64,000 nucleotides of DNA from positions 1,888,001 to 1,952,000 of the forward strand of contig OZ219926.1 of assembly GCA_964291405.2 (NCBI GenBank), written 5' to 3'. Each line of letters starts with the position of its first letter. Position 1 is the stretch's first letter. The position numbers and the translations under genes are program-made. Source of the DNA: Thermodesulfobacteriota bacterium (GTDB lineage Bacteria; Desulfobacterota; Binatia; Bin18). Below, one piece after another: positions 27,499 to 38,178 of the stretch. Under the pieces are notes generated by a model. That model saw only the letters and a program-made list of their open reading frames with translations. It was not told the DNA's origin and made no database searches.

Positions 27499-28773
27499 AT
27501 GAATGAATCGAACAGAGTGGCTACCGAAGCCAGGCCTATGCACGGCTCGGAGCGAGGCATGCCGATCGATCCCCCCGAGCCGAACCTCACGCCCGAAGCG
27601 ATGGTGGCTCGAGCTCGCGAGCTCGTACCGCGCCTCCGTGAGCGGGCGGAGGCGGCGGACCGTCTGCGCACGCTCCCGCCCGAGACCTACAAGGACTTTT
27701 TGGACGCGGGCTTCTACCGGATCCTGCAGCCGCGCCGCTTCGGTGGCTACGAGTTCGATCTGCGGACCTTCTGCGACGTCATGATCGAGATCACGCGGGG
27801 CTGCGGCTCATCGGGCTGGGTGCTCTGCCTGACGGCGGCCCACGTCTTCCACATGGCCGGGGTACCCGAAGAGGGGCAGATCGAGATGTACGGGGACGAC
27901 GGAGACTTCCGCTCGCCGATGACCTTCGCACCGCAGGGGACGGCCACCCCCGTCGACGGGGGATACCGTATCAATGGCCGCTGGAACTACAACTCCGGCG
28001 GCGACTACGCGAACTGGCTCGGCGTCTCCGCGGTCGTTCCCGGCGATACGGCGGGCGGGCCTCCCCAGGACACGATCCTCGCGTACCTCCGGCAGGAGGA
28101 ATGCGAGGTCTTCGACAACTGGTTCGTCATGGGCCTGCGCGGAACCGGCTCGAAGCAGGCGATCATCGAGGACGTCTTCGTCCCCGAGCGGCGCGTGCTC
28201 TCCCAGCTTCCCTGGTTCGCGGGTCGGGCCCCGGGTTACGGCGTCCACGAGAATCCCTTCTACCGGACGTCGCCGTTCGACGTCTTCCTCGCCGAGCTGG
28301 CGTGCATCTGCGTGGGCCTCGCAGAGGCAGCGATCGACGCCTTTTACGAGCGGGCGATGACGAAGGTCAATAGCTATCCGCCGTTTACGCCCGTAAAGAA
28401 CGAGCGATCGGTACAGCGCCTCATCGGTCTCGCGCGCGCCAAGACCGACGCCGCCCAGGCGGTGCTCCAACGCATCATCGATGATCAGAAGCGTCGCATG
28501 GAGCAGATCGCGCAGAGCGGTCCCGTCGACGTGACCGAGGAAGAGACGCGACGTACCTTCATGCTCGCCCACCAGACGCTCCACCTCGCCCGCGAGGCCG
28601 TGGAGCCGCTCTTCGACGCAAGCGGCACGAGCGCCGCTCTGACCGGTCAGCCTATGGAACGGATCTTCCGGGACCTCAACATGGTTCGAACCCACTACAT
28701 GATGAACGGCGACCGGACCGCCGAGAACTGGGGGGCCACGTTCTTTGGGCAGGAGGCGTACAGCCTGTTCTAG
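27499..28773 (+). CDS. Acyl-CoA-dehydrogenase-fold flavin monooxygenase (HsaA/C2-HpaH-like)
   Basis: ILQPRRFGGYE, RGCGSSGW, WFVMGLRGTGS, DVFVPERR, RIFRD. Confidence 0.9.
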   Translation: MNESNRVATEARPMHGSERGMPIDPPEPNLTPEAMVARARELVPRLRERAEAADRLRTLPPETYKDFLDAGFYRILQPRRFGGYEFDLRTFCDVMIEITRGCGSSGWVLCLTAAHVFHMAGVPEEGQIEMYGDDGDFRSPMTFAPQGTATPVDGGYRINGRWNYNSGGDYANWLGVSAVVPGDTAGGPPQDTILAYLRQEECEVFDNWFVMGLRGTGSKQAIIEDVFVPERRVLSQLPWFAGRAPGYGVHENPFYRTSPFDVFLAELACICVGLAEAAIDAFYERAMTKVNSYPPFTPVKNERSVQRLIGLARAKTDAAQAVLQRIIDDQKRRMEQIAQSGPVDVTEEETRRTFMLAHQTLHLAREAVEPLFDASGTSAALTGQPMERIFRDLNMVRTHYMMNGDRTAENWGATFFGQEAYSLF

Positions 28774-28821
28774 GGCAGCGGCAACGATTCGGGGGTAGGC
28801 GGCGAACCGTTTCGCACCTTC

Positions 28822-29916
28822 TCACCAGCTGCCTTTGCGCTGAGAACCGCCCGGTCCGCTATAGGAGGAGGTAAAGCCGGGCTCTTGTTGGAACAAATCT
28901 TTCGGCATCGACTGAATGGCTCGCTTCCAGGCAGCGACCAAGCGATCCTCGGCCGCATAGTCAAACGGGTCTTGCAGCATCACTTCCTCCCGCCCCCCAT
29001 ATGCCAATGGATGGTCGCGTAACCAGACCGCCGCCTGTTTGATGCCCTCAACCGGCGAGACAATATCCCGATAGCCAAGCTCTGATTTGATTTTGGTGAG
29101 ATCAAACATCCGGTGGGTCGTCCAGGGTTGTGAGATTAACGGTCTGGCGCTGACGGCCAGATCGTACGGCATCGAGATCATCTCCCACTCGTGACCGAGC
29201 GCTTCGGCACACAGCTGCACGACCTGCTTGAGGGTCAAGACATGATCGTCGCCACAGTTATACACCTGCCCGGCGGCAACCTCGGGTTGATCCACGGCCA
29301 ACAGCAGGGCGTGCGCGGCGTTGGCAGCAGCGCCGGAGTGATTGAGCGATAAGCCGTCGTCCGGGAGGACGATGAAAGGCCGCCTGTCCAGGATACGGCG
29401 AACAATGGACCATTCGCGTGGAACGACTTGATAGGCGCCATAGATTTGGGGATACCGAAAATGCGTGGCGTTCGGGTGGTGTGCGAAAACCACCTCTTCC
29501 GAGCGATACACCCGGTAGCCTTTGCCATCTTCCGCTTCGCTCGTCGTCTTGACCGCGTCCTCCCCAGTGGGCACAGGCAGTCCCGGAGGGTGGACCATAT
29601 CCGCGTTCATAAAGCCCCGGTAGGCAGGCCCTCCCCCGACCGAGATAAACCGTTCCGTCCGGCCAACCATAATCTCGGCCACCCGCCGTAAGCGGCCGTA
29701 CATGGCGAGGGTTATATCAAAATGGGAATCATCGAGGGCGTCAATCAACGCCTGCTCATCAAACGGATTGGTATGAATATGGATCACGGATTCGGGAATC
29801 TCAGCCACTTCGTGGTTACCCGTGTGTAGAATAGCTACATCGTATCCTCGCTCAAGCAATCCGTTGACAATAAAGTGACCGGTCGGTCCGGTCCCGCCGA
29901 TAACCAAGGCTCGCAT
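28822..29916 (-). CDS. NAD-dependent epimerase/dehydratase family protein
   Basis: LVIGGTGPTG Rossmann motif, YNCGD, ELGYRD. Confidence 0.85.
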   Translation of the reverse strand: MRALVIGGTGPTGHFIVNGLLERGYDVAILHTGNHEVAEIPESVIHIHTNPFDEQALIDALDDSHFDITLAMYGRLRRVAEIMVGRTERFISVGGGPAYRGFMNADMVHPPGLPVPTGEDAVKTTSEAEDGKGYRVYRSEEVVFAHHPNATHFRYPQIYGAYQVVPREWSIVRRILDRRPFIVLPDDGLSLNHSGAAANAAHALLLAVDQPEVAAGQVYNCGDDHVLTLKQVVQLCAEALGHEWEMISMPYDLAVSARPLISQPWTTHRMFDLTKIKSELGYRDIVSPVEGIKQAAVWLRDHPLAYGGREEVMLQDPFDYAAEDRLVAAWKRAIQSMPKDLFQQEPGFTSSYSGPGGSQRKGSW

Positions 29917-29970
29917 GGTTAGTGCACTCCAGTAGGCTTTTCACGCATTCGTTTCGCGCTCTCCGGTTTT

Positions 29971-31764
29971 CTATCTGGGAATCACCGGCAGCAGGACGTA
30001 GGACGCTCGGTCTTCCTGGTGAAACACGGTCTGCTGAGCGGATACTCCCTGCGTGCCCTCGCCAAACGGCTCGCCCGTGTTCAGGTTGCGGTCAAACTCC
30101 GGGAAATGGCTGGAGCTGACTTCCAGGCGGAGGCGGTGCCCCGGCAGGAAGACGCTGCTCGTCGCCCATAGATCAATAGTAAACTGATACGGCTTGTTCG
30201 CTTCCATCAATGCGGGCGTAGACGCAGAGTCCCGATAGCGGGCGCGGATAATGCCATTGAGCAGGTTCTGCGCATAGCCGTCCGGATGGACGTCAACAAG
30301 TTTGGCCGTAAAATCCGTATCAACGGCTGAGGACGAGGCCCACAACGTCACCGACACCGGTCCGGTGATTTCCAGCGCTTGGGTGAACGGATCGGAGGTA
30401 TAGACCAGGATATCATTACGTTCCTCGACCGGGCGTTGATCCTGCACGCCCATATCAACGGCCAGATTATTGCCGCCCAGGGACGGCACCGGATTGTCGG
30501 GATCATAGACATAGGTGTCTACCTGCTCTTGGCCGGGCGGGACGGTTGAGAGGGTCCCATTCCCATTGAGGGTGTTCGCCTCGCCGCCACTATGCAGAAA
30601 ATAGCGCATCTGACGCATGTTGGGCGGTGGCCAATCGGACAAGTGCTGCCAACGTTTTTCACCAAGAGTGAAGACGCTGACTGGCGGCTCGTCCATAATC
30701 CCGTTGGCTACATCTTTGAGCCAATAATCGAACCAGCGCAGCAAGGTTTCATTGAGGTCGATCAAGGCACTTGGACCAAAATCGATATCACCCGCACCGC
30801 GTGAAGCCGGCGTCGTATACGGCAACAAATGGCCCCACGGACCAATGATCAGCCGTTGACCGGTGCGGGCGACTGCAAACTGACTTTTCCGAGTGATGCT
30901 CTGATACGCGGCCGGCCCACCCTCGGCAAACGTATCGTACCACGAGGTCACATGGAGCATCGGCGTCCGAATAGTCTCGGCAAAGCGATTCACATTGGCC
31001 CGGTACCAGTACTCTCCATCGTCGGCATGGGCGATGTGATCGGCCATGTATGGCGCGGTTTCTTTGAGCAATTCACCCCAATCCTTGATGGGCAGGTGGC
31101 GATACCACTCGTCGGTCAGGGGGGTGAAGGCGTTTAAGCCCCAGCGGGTCGTCCGTACGCCGGCTAGCTCGCCGCCTTCGACATACTCCTTCATCTTCTC
31201 CATGAGGTCTCTGCGACCTTGGCGCTTGAGCGTATTGAGGCCCTTAAAGATGGCATACGGCACCATCCAGCCCCACTTTGACACCCCGCCGGTCTGATAG
31301 ATCCAACTGGCATGATAGTCGGCCGAAGCGGAAACCGGCGCCATACACTGGAGGGACGGCGGCATGGGATCGTTACAAGCGATTAGATACTGTGTCAGCC
31401 CCATATAGGACTGGCCGGTCGTCCCCACCCGGCCATTCGACCACGGCAACCGGGCGGCCCATTCGACGGCATCATAGCCGTCGGCAGCTTCCTGAAAGAT
31501 GGTGTCGTATTCTCCTTCAGACTCGAAACGGCCGCGGCAGTCCTGGGTAATAAGAACATAACCATACTGGGCGTACGAGGCATTGAGGCCATTTGGGTCG
31601 GCGGAGCCCGTTTTGCCATACGGAGTGCGGATCAGCAGGACGGGAAAACGTTCGGCGGAGTCTGGCCGGACCACGTCGGCGTACAGCGTGATCCCATCCC
31701 GGGTTTTCATCGGGACACTCTCTTCAGAGGTGACTTTGTACTGTTTGCGCGCTTGGACGATCAT
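29971..31764 (-). CDS. CocE/NonD family hydrolase
   Basis: RDGITLYAD, RTPYGK, QDCRGRFESEG, GQSYMG nucleophile, GPWGH, C-terminal PepX-like domain. Confidence 0.93.
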   Translation of the reverse strand: MIVQARKQYKVTSEESVPMKTRDGITLYADVVRPDSAERFPVLLIRTPYGKTGSADPNGLNASYAQYGYVLITQDCRGRFESEGEYDTIFQEAADGYDAVEWAARLPWSNGRVGTTGQSYMGLTQYLIACNDPMPPSLQCMAPVSASADYHASWIYQTGGVSKWGWMVPYAIFKGLNTLKRQGRRDLMEKMKEYVEGGELAGVRTTRWGLNAFTPLTDEWYRHLPIKDWGELLKETAPYMADHIAHADDGEYWYRANVNRFAETIRTPMLHVTSWYDTFAEGGPAAYQSITRKSQFAVARTGQRLIIGPWGHLLPYTTPASRGAGDIDFGPSALIDLNETLLRWFDYWLKDVANGIMDEPPVSVFTLGEKRWQHLSDWPPPNMRQMRYFLHSGGEANTLNGNGTLSTVPPGQEQVDTYVYDPDNPVPSLGGNNLAVDMGVQDQRPVEERNDILVYTSDPFTQALEITGPVSVTLWASSSAVDTDFTAKLVDVHPDGYAQNLLNGIIRARYRDSASTPALMEANKPYQFTIDLWATSSVFLPGHRLRLEVSSSHFPEFDRNLNTGEPFGEGTQGVSAQQTVFHQEDRASYVLLPVIPR

Positions 31765-31933
31765 GGCTCCCTCCTTGGCATGCGTCATACCACCTCAGCT
31801 ACACGCGCGATATATTAGCGAGAAGATTGACCCCATAGCAACGGAACCTTTATGAGGGAGTGAGCTGGAGGAGCTTGCGCAAGCCGTTCTTACGCATTGA
31901 TGACAAAATCGAGATGACACTGGAGGGACACCA

Positions 31934-32683
31934 ATGGCAGAGCCCGATACCCTGTGCGGCTGGGGAGACCAGGACAAAGTTGACTATTTTGTACAGCGGA
32001 GCGCATTCTTGATTCCGAAGCGCCTAGAGCAACTCAATACCCTGCTCGACCTCTTCCCTTGGTCGGCTGATGAACCGATTCGCGTGCTCGATTTAGGCGC
32101 GGGCTATGGTGCGGTCACGGAGACGATTCTCTCCCGTTATCCACACGCAACAGTCACCTGGGTTGACGGCTCGACCGCCATGCACGAGCATGCTGAGCCC
32201 CGCCTCAACAAATATGGCTCGCACGTCGAATTTTTTCTGCGCGACCTGGCTGATCTCACCTGGCATGTCGGTCTGCCCGGACCGTTTCATGCTGCAGTCT
32301 CGGCCATTGCGCTGCATCACCTGACTGACAGTCGTAAAGGACAATTATGTGCTGAGGTGTTCAACCTGCTCCAACCTGGCGGTCTGTTTCTCAACAATGA
32401 TGTCGTTGCCGGCGACCCGGCGTTACGCGACCAGTTTACGCCCTTGGCTGATCGAGTGATTCAGCAGCAGGTCCAGGAACAGACTGGAGAGCTCCACTCA
32501 CTCGAAGACATTCGCCAAGCGCGGACCGCCCTGCCGCGTCCCGAGGGGCAGCGCAGCCACATCGCTCCGCTGGAGCCTCAACTCAATTGGTGGCGAGAGG
32601 CCGGCTTTACGATTGTGGACTGCTATTGGAAGTTTCTGAATTTTGCGATTTTTGGTGGCTTCAAGCCCCAAGCCGAGAGCTGA
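31934..32683 (+). CDS. Class I SAM-dependent methyltransferase
   Basis: VLDLGAGYG, SAIALHHL, LQPGGLFLN. Confidence 0.88.
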   Translation: MAEPDTLCGWGDQDKVDYFVQRSAFLIPKRLEQLNTLLDLFPWSADEPIRVLDLGAGYGAVTETILSRYPHATVTWVDGSTAMHEHAEPRLNKYGSHVEFFLRDLADLTWHVGLPGPFHAAVSAIALHHLTDSRKGQLCAEVFNLLQPGGLFLNNDVVAGDPALRDQFTPLADRVIQQQVQEQTGELHSLEDIRQARTALPRPEGQRSHIAPLEPQLNWWREAGFTIVDCYWKFLNFAIFGGFKPQAES

Positions 32684-32695
32684 GGGGAGCACGCG

Positions 32696-34093
32696 TCAGT
32701 TCGATGTCAGACTCGTCTTGACGAGTTCATGCTCTTCTCCAAAAACAATCTGCCCAGCCGCATCTTGGGCGCGAATACGCGCTTCGATTGCAGAGGACAA
32801 CTGCAAGTTTCGCTCCTCAGGAAACTTGTCCTTGTATAAGTGCGGGCGTAAAAAAAATTCTTCCGGAGTTCTGATTATCGCTTGAGTTTTTAAAGGTGCA
32901 GGGAACCAACCGCGCCGCATGAAGTCGGGCGAGAAGAACACGTCCACGTCTTTCTGCGACCATTCTTTGACCTGCATGGCATCATGCACCGTGTAGCCAT
33001 AATAGTCTTCCTGGGCATCCCACCAGACCGCAATCAGGTTGTGATAGCCGCGATCCCCGAGGTTCGGATTCATCATTTTGGTAATCCGCTCCTCAACAAA
33101 GATGAGCTCATCCTGCCGTCCGTACACCTCCATCCGAAGCGGATAAAAATAGTGTTGCTCTAGCCAGTACACCACCTTGCTGGCGTAATAATCCGGCAGC
33201 CAGTCCGACTTTGGGCGAGCTTCAAGGACGTAGGTACGCACGCCGCCGCTCGGCTGATAATGTGGATATTCGTCTCCCATGATTTTCAGGTCCTGGACGG
33301 GCACATCGGTAAAGGACCCCTCTGGCGTCGCCAGAGTCATCACCGGTCGCGTTTTCGGAAAGCGAACCGTCTCGGTCAGGATATCGGTTCCCAATACGCG
33401 CCACGAAAACTCCCAGGCGTCGCGCCCGAGCGAGTCATCAAACGTCATCGGCCAGGTGGCCATTTTGTCTTCCCGCTGGGGTTGCGGGAAACGGCGGACC
33501 CGACGGATGGCCGGCGAATAGCCAAACAGGTCGGCCTTGGTGCGCTTCTCCCGATCGGTCCGGTAGGTAATGAAGAGCATTTGGTTGCCGTAATTTTCAG
33601 GCGGAGAGAGATCCTGCGTCAGCCAGTGAGCCAACAGTTCTCCCGGTTGTGCTGTCAGGTGACCCATCAGGCCCTCGGGTTTCCGATAATGAACCAGGAC
33701 GAGAATTTGTGCACTGGACAGAGAGCCGCTAGGAGTCAGCAGCCCCATGTCTTCGACCTGGACGCAGTTCCAGCGCGGCATATGCGGGAATTCCATGGCC
33801 CGAAAGCCCATTTCCTCAGCCGTGTACGGAGCGCGGAACGGATAGGCTTCGGCCGGCAGATACGGGATGGTCGCATCGCGCGGCGTGTCCTGTGCCATGT
33901 CGATCGCGGTCCGCTCCTCTTCAGAGAGTTCGACCAGCGTCTTCCAGGTTTTCTCCGGTCGCCCGTTCTGGTCTTCCGCGGCCCAGAGGGGCTGCACGTA
34001 AAAAATAAGGCTGAAACCAATCAGGCAGATGAGTCCTGCGCTCAGGCCGATCAGATATTCAAGCTGGTTGAGATGTCCGGGCTCGCTCCGCAT
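32696..34093 (-). CDS. Exported protein, DUF1329/outer-membrane lipoprotein-sorting-like
   Basis: N-terminal hydrophobic segment, YSPAIRRVRR motif, YVLEARPK...YYASKVVYW. Confidence 0.65.
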   Translation of the reverse strand: MRSEPGHLNQLEYLIGLSAGLICLIGFSLIFYVQPLWAAEDQNGRPEKTWKTLVELSEEERTAIDMAQDTPRDATIPYLPAEAYPFRAPYTAEEMGFRAMEFPHMPRWNCVQVEDMGLLTPSGSLSSAQILVLVHYRKPEGLMGHLTAQPGELLAHWLTQDLSPPENYGNQMLFITYRTDREKRTKADLFGYSPAIRRVRRFPQPQREDKMATWPMTFDDSLGRDAWEFSWRVLGTDILTETVRFPKTRPVMTLATPEGSFTDVPVQDLKIMGDEYPHYQPSGGVRTYVLEARPKSDWLPDYYASKVVYWLEQHYFYPLRMEVYGRQDELIFVEERITKMMNPNLGDRGYHNLIAVWWDAQEDYYGYTVHDAMQVKEWSQKDVDVFFSPDFMRRGWFPAPLKTQAIIRTPEEFFLRPHLYKDKFPEERNLQLSSAIEARIRAQDAAGQIVFGEEHELVKTSLTSN

Positions 34094-34128
34094 CCAGTCT
34101 CTCCTTTCGCTTTCGTCACGCTCATGAC

Positions 34129-34896
34129 CTATTGGGCGGCATATCCCCCGTCAACCGTGAACACCGAACCAGTGACCCATGACGACTCATCCGAGGCCAG
34201 AAAGAGTCCCATGGACGCCACATCTTCTGGCGTGCCCACACGACCGAGGGGATGGCTCTTGGCCACGCGTTCCAGGCGTTTGGGATTGGAACCATGCAGC
34301 ACGTGGGCCATCATCGGCGTATCCACAGCGCCGGGACAGATAGCGTTGCAGCGGATGTTCTTGGCAGCATAGGCCGTCGCAATCGCTTTGGTGAGCGAAA
34401 CAACGCCCCCTTTGGCCGCCGTATAAGCGTGGACATTACCAACGCCTAAGATCCCGGCCAACGAAGAAACGTTGATAATCGATCCGCCTCCGACCTTGGT
34501 CATTTCTGGAATCGCGTATTTACAGCCCAAGTAAACGCTCTTGAGATTCACATTCAGAACGAAATCCCACATCTCCTCTTCAAGGTTGGTGACGGTCGTG
34601 TCGTGCTTATGCAGGACAGCCGCGTTGTTATACATGATGTGTAAACCACCGTACGCCTCGACCGCCCGGTCAACTGCCGTTTTGATATCGGCTGCATTTG
34701 AGACGTCCGTCTCTTGAAACACCGCCTCTCCCCCGGCCGCCTTGACCAACTCTACCGTCTCGTTGCCGCCCTCGACTTTAATGTCAGTGACAACGACTTT
34801 TGCGCCTTCTTGGGCGAACATCACTGCGGCGGCCCGTCCCTGTCCACCGCCGGAACCGGTAATTAATGCGACCTTGTCCGCTAATCGTCCTGGCAT
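34129..34896 (-). CDS. Short-chain dehydrogenase/reductase
   Basis: TGSGGGQG, NNAA, YTAAK, VDGG. Confidence 0.93.
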   Translation of the reverse strand: MPGRLADKVALITGSGGGQGRAAAVMFAQEGAKVVVTDIKVEGGNETVELVKAAGGEAVFQETDVSNAADIKTAVDRAVEAYGGLHIMYNNAAVLHKHDTTVTNLEEEMWDFVLNVNLKSVYLGCKYAIPEMTKVGGGSIINVSSLAGILGVGNVHAYTAAKGGVVSLTKAIATAYAAKNIRCNAICPGAVDTPMMAHVLHGSNPKRLERVAKSHPLGRVGTPEDVASMGLFLASDESSWVTGSVFTVDGGYAAQ

Positions 34897-35044
34897 AAGC
34901 ATCTCCCCTCATTCGACCTCTACGCAAACGCGACTGCAATGTGCTCTAACAGAACACGGCCAGAAGCACTATACGCGGCTGCGCCTTGGCCTTCATCTTC
35001 TGACCGATTACGATGAGTTCGCTATCCGTTACTGGACGAAAAAG

Positions 35045-35410
35045 ATGAAAAAGTCGCTTGGCTGGGTGTACCTCTTCTTTGCTTTGAGTCTTTTTGGCCT
35101 CTTTGGCTTGCATACGATCTACTTGGGAAAGCCGCTGAAGGGAGTCCTTTTTCTGCTGGCGACCTGGGCAGGACTCTGGGCCCTCACACAAGTGCTCATT
35201 CTTCCTTCGCCGAGTATCCCCCTTGTCATTGGCCTGGCGCTCCCAAAGCTCTATCAGAATTTTGTACTCACCATCCCCTCCCCGAGCCTGCCCCTGGTGA
35301 TCGGGCTGCTGATGCTGCCGGTTCTTGGAGTATGGTGGTGGGTTGATCTCTTGACCCTGCCCCGGCAGACACGAAAAGCAAACGAGAAGGTTGAAGCAAT
35401 ACTGCCGTAA
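35045..35410 (+). CDS. TM2/NINE-domain membrane protein
   Basis: GLFGLHTIYLGK and WWWVDLLTLP. Confidence 0.75.
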   Translation: MKKSLGWVYLFFALSLFGLFGLHTIYLGKPLKGVLFLLATWAGLWALTQVLILPSPSIPLVIGLALPKLYQNFVLTIPSPSLPLVIGLLMLPVLGVWWWVDLLTLPRQTRKANEKVEAILP

Positions 35411-35563
35411 TCACCGCGGGCAATGGAAAGTACAGTATTTTCAGGAGGATCGCGCGCGTCACACCAGAGCGGAGCCGATTACTGGTCCGTCTGGGAATCA
35501 TCGACATCTGCCCAAACTTCCAGTACAGTGCGCGCTAAGACTCGGACAGGTGATGCAAAAAGG

Positions 35564-35653
35564 AACCCACCCCGGCCTACGGCCACCCCTCCGAGGAGGG
35601 GAGCAGCCTCATCCCCTCTTGGGAGGGGTGCCGCGACAGCGGTGGGGTGGGTT
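35564..35653. repeat. REP-like element (intact copy)
   Basis: AACCCACCCC...CCCCTCCGAGGAGGGG...CCCCTCTTGGGAGGGG...GGGGTGGGTT: an inverted pair of hairpin units. Confidence 0.85.
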
Positions 35654-35731
35654 ATTCCCGGCTCGGCAGTCCTCGCATGTCTGGCGAGCGCGAGTTCCTG
35701 GGAATGTGCATCGCACGTAAAAGAGGTGCGT

Positions 35732-36523
35732 ATGGATGCCGAAATCATTCAAACCGATATCAGAGACTATATTGCCACGGTCACGATTGATCGCCCCCCC
35801 GTCAATGCCATGAATCGGCAGATGTTTGATGAGATTCAAGCCTCCTTTGACGCTCTGAATAATCGGACCGATGTCCGGGTGGCCATCTTTACTGGGGCGG
35901 GGAAATGTTTTTGCGCGGGCGCAGACATGAAAGCGCGTTCGCGTTCACTGGATGACGGCGCGCAACAACCGCGTCACGGGGCCATGTGGGCCCACTCGCG
36001 GGCGGCACGCGAGGCTTTTCATTCCATTCTGGAATGTTCTGTCCCCGTCATCGGTGCGATCAATGGCCCAGCTCTCGGCGGAGGGCTCGCCCTGGTGGCA
36101 TCCTGCGATATGCTGATTGCGTCAGAAAAGGCCCTACTGGGCCTCCCTGAGATCGATGTTGGCCTGTTGGGCGGTGGCCGCCATACCCAACGCCTGTTTG
36201 GTATCTATAAGGCCCGCAAGATGATGTACACGGGCGAACGGATCGGCGCAGAAGAGTTATACCGTCGGGGCATTGTTGAAAAAGTTGTTCCGCCGGAGCA
36301 ACTCATGGACGAAGCCTTGGCTCAGGCCCAAGTGATTGCCGCCAAAAGTCCGCTGGCCATCCGGCTTGCCAAAAACGCCATGAATGCGATTGAGTTTATG
36401 GATCTGCGCGATGGGTATCGCTTTGAGCAAAATATGACGCACGAGCTGACGGGGAGCGAGGATGCCAAGGAGGCAGCCCGGGCGTTTGTGGAAAAACGGG
36501 AGCCGGTATTTACCGGACGATAA
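35732..36523 (+). CDS. Enoyl-CoA hydratase/isomerase family protein
   Basis: DRPPVNA, FCAGAD, AINGPALGGG, LPEIDVG, FVEKREPVF. Confidence 0.93.
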   Translation: MDAEIIQTDIRDYIATVTIDRPPVNAMNRQMFDEIQASFDALNNRTDVRVAIFTGAGKCFCAGADMKARSRSLDDGAQQPRHGAMWAHSRAAREAFHSILECSVPVIGAINGPALGGGLALVASCDMLIASEKALLGLPEIDVGLLGGGRHTQRLFGIYKARKMMYTGERIGAEELYRRGIVEKVVPPEQLMDEALAQAQVIAAKSPLAIRLAKNAMNAIEFMDLRDGYRFEQNMTHELTGSEDAKEAARAFVEKREPVFTGR

Positions 36524-36547
36524 ACACGGCGAAAAGGAGAGACGGGT

Positions 36548-37891
36548 ATGCTGTTTGGCTATTTTACTGAGCGGCCGTATCGGTGGGTCAACGAAGACGA
36601 GGTGCTTGAGCACCGGGGTTTCTTTGCCCTGCCCAACTCACGCTTTGACCGCGAAAAGGCGGCCGATGACTATAACTTCTTCCTGGACGAATACTGCTAT
36701 GCCGAAGAAGTCGGTTTCGATGCGCTCATGTTGAACGAGCACCACGGCAATCCCTTCTGCATGGGCAGCGTCATGAATGTCGAAGCTTCCATCCTGGCGC
36801 GGATTACCAGCAAGGCCAAGATCGTCCTGATCGGTAACCCACTGCCCGTGCTGAAGCACCCGCTACGCATGGCCGAAGAGCTGGCCGAGATTGATCTGAT
36901 CTCGCGCGGTCGTCTCGTCACCGGCTGGGTACGCGGGGCGGGCAGCGAGCAGTTCTTTAATAATGCCAACCCGGCCTATAACCGGGAGATGTTCAACGAA
37001 GCCCACGATTTCATTATCCAGGCCTGGACCAAGCCCGGTCCGTGGCGTTACGAGGGCAAGCATTTCCACTATCGGCACGTCAATCCGTGGGCGCTTCCCT
37101 ACCAAAAACCGCATCCGCAAATGTGGATTCCTGGGGTGTTGAGTCCGGAGACGGTTCACTGGGCGGCCCAGCATAACTATCCTTATCTGGCCTTGGTGAC
37201 CGCCCTGAGTCCGACCTGCGACCTGCTGGACTATTACGCCGATACCGCGGCTGAAAATGGCTATCAGGCCGGTACGGAAAATTTTGCCTATTTGATTGGG
37301 GTGTTCTGCGCGGACACGGATGAAAAAGCGCAAGAGTTGGGCAAAGGGTTTGTGTGGGGCGGCGGAGCGAGTGCGTTCTCCAGACCGGAACATACCCTCC
37401 CGCCGGGTTATAATTCCAAAAACGCCATTCGCCTGCTTGCCCAGCGTCCGAGCGGCGGCTGGGTCGGCGTTGATTCGGACCGACTCAAGGAGGCCCAGCA
37501 GGGCCGGAGGAAAAAGAAGAGCACGGACCTGGGTGAGGTTCGCCAAAAGCTGGAGAAATCGTATAAGCGCGCCCAGGACGACTACCTGATGATCGTCGGC
37601 TCGCCCAAGACGGTCATTGAGAAGATCAAGACCATGATTCGCGTGCTGCGGCCAGGGACGTTCGCCTGCTTCCAGGTTCAGGGGCCAGTCGGCAACGAAG
37701 ACCGGATGAACAGCATCCGTCTGATGGGCCAGGAGGTCATTCCCGCGGTCAAAGAATACGCCAAGGAAATCGACCTGGTCGATCAGTTCACCCGCGTACC
37801 GGGTTCGGTCAAACTCACGCCAGGGACCCGACGCCTGCCGGTCGTGGACCGCACGCCATTGAAGGACCTTGGCATGCAGTCGAAGGCGTAG
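36548..37891 (+). CDS. LLM-class flavin-dependent oxidoreductase
   Basis: LNEHH, HPLRMAEELA, ISRGRL, PYQKPHP. Confidence 0.9.
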   Translation: MLFGYFTERPYRWVNEDEVLEHRGFFALPNSRFDREKAADDYNFFLDEYCYAEEVGFDALMLNEHHGNPFCMGSVMNVEASILARITSKAKIVLIGNPLPVLKHPLRMAEELAEIDLISRGRLVTGWVRGAGSEQFFNNANPAYNREMFNEAHDFIIQAWTKPGPWRYEGKHFHYRHVNPWALPYQKPHPQMWIPGVLSPETVHWAAQHNYPYLALVTALSPTCDLLDYYADTAAENGYQAGTENFAYLIGVFCADTDEKAQELGKGFVWGGGASAFSRPEHTLPPGYNSKNAIRLLAQRPSGGWVGVDSDRLKEAQQGRRKKKSTDLGEVRQKLEKSYKRAQDDYLMIVGSPKTVIEKIKTMIRVLRPGTFACFQVQGPVGNEDRMNSIRLMGQEVIPAVKEYAKEIDLVDQFTRVPGSVKLTPGTRRLPVVDRTPLKDLGMQSKA

Positions 37892-37968
37892 GAGGTGGGA
37901 TGGGAGCGTGAATGAGCGAAGTAACTCCCTCCAGGGAGGGGATAAAACACCCTGTTAGAGAGGTGAGA

Positions 37969-38178
37969 ATGGCTATTGATGATCCGCATGTCCGGGAGCT
38001 GATTGAGAAAATCCGGCTCCTACCACCGGCCAAAGTCTCCGAGGTTGAAGACTTTGTCGATTTTCTCTGTCAGCGTAACGCCGACCGTTGCCTGAGCCAG
38101 GCGGCGACCAAGTTGTCCGAGTCAGCCTTTGCTCGGGTCTGGGACAATCCGGACGATGCCGACTATGACCAGCTATGA
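37969..38178 (+). CDS. DUF2281-like antitoxin
   Basis: LIEKIRLLPP...EVEDFVDFL...VWDNPDDADYD. Overlaps the downstream toxin gene. Confidence 0.8.
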   Translation: MAIDDPHVRELIEKIRLLPPAKVSEVEDFVDFLCQRNADRCLSQAATKLSESAFARVWDNPDDADYDQL

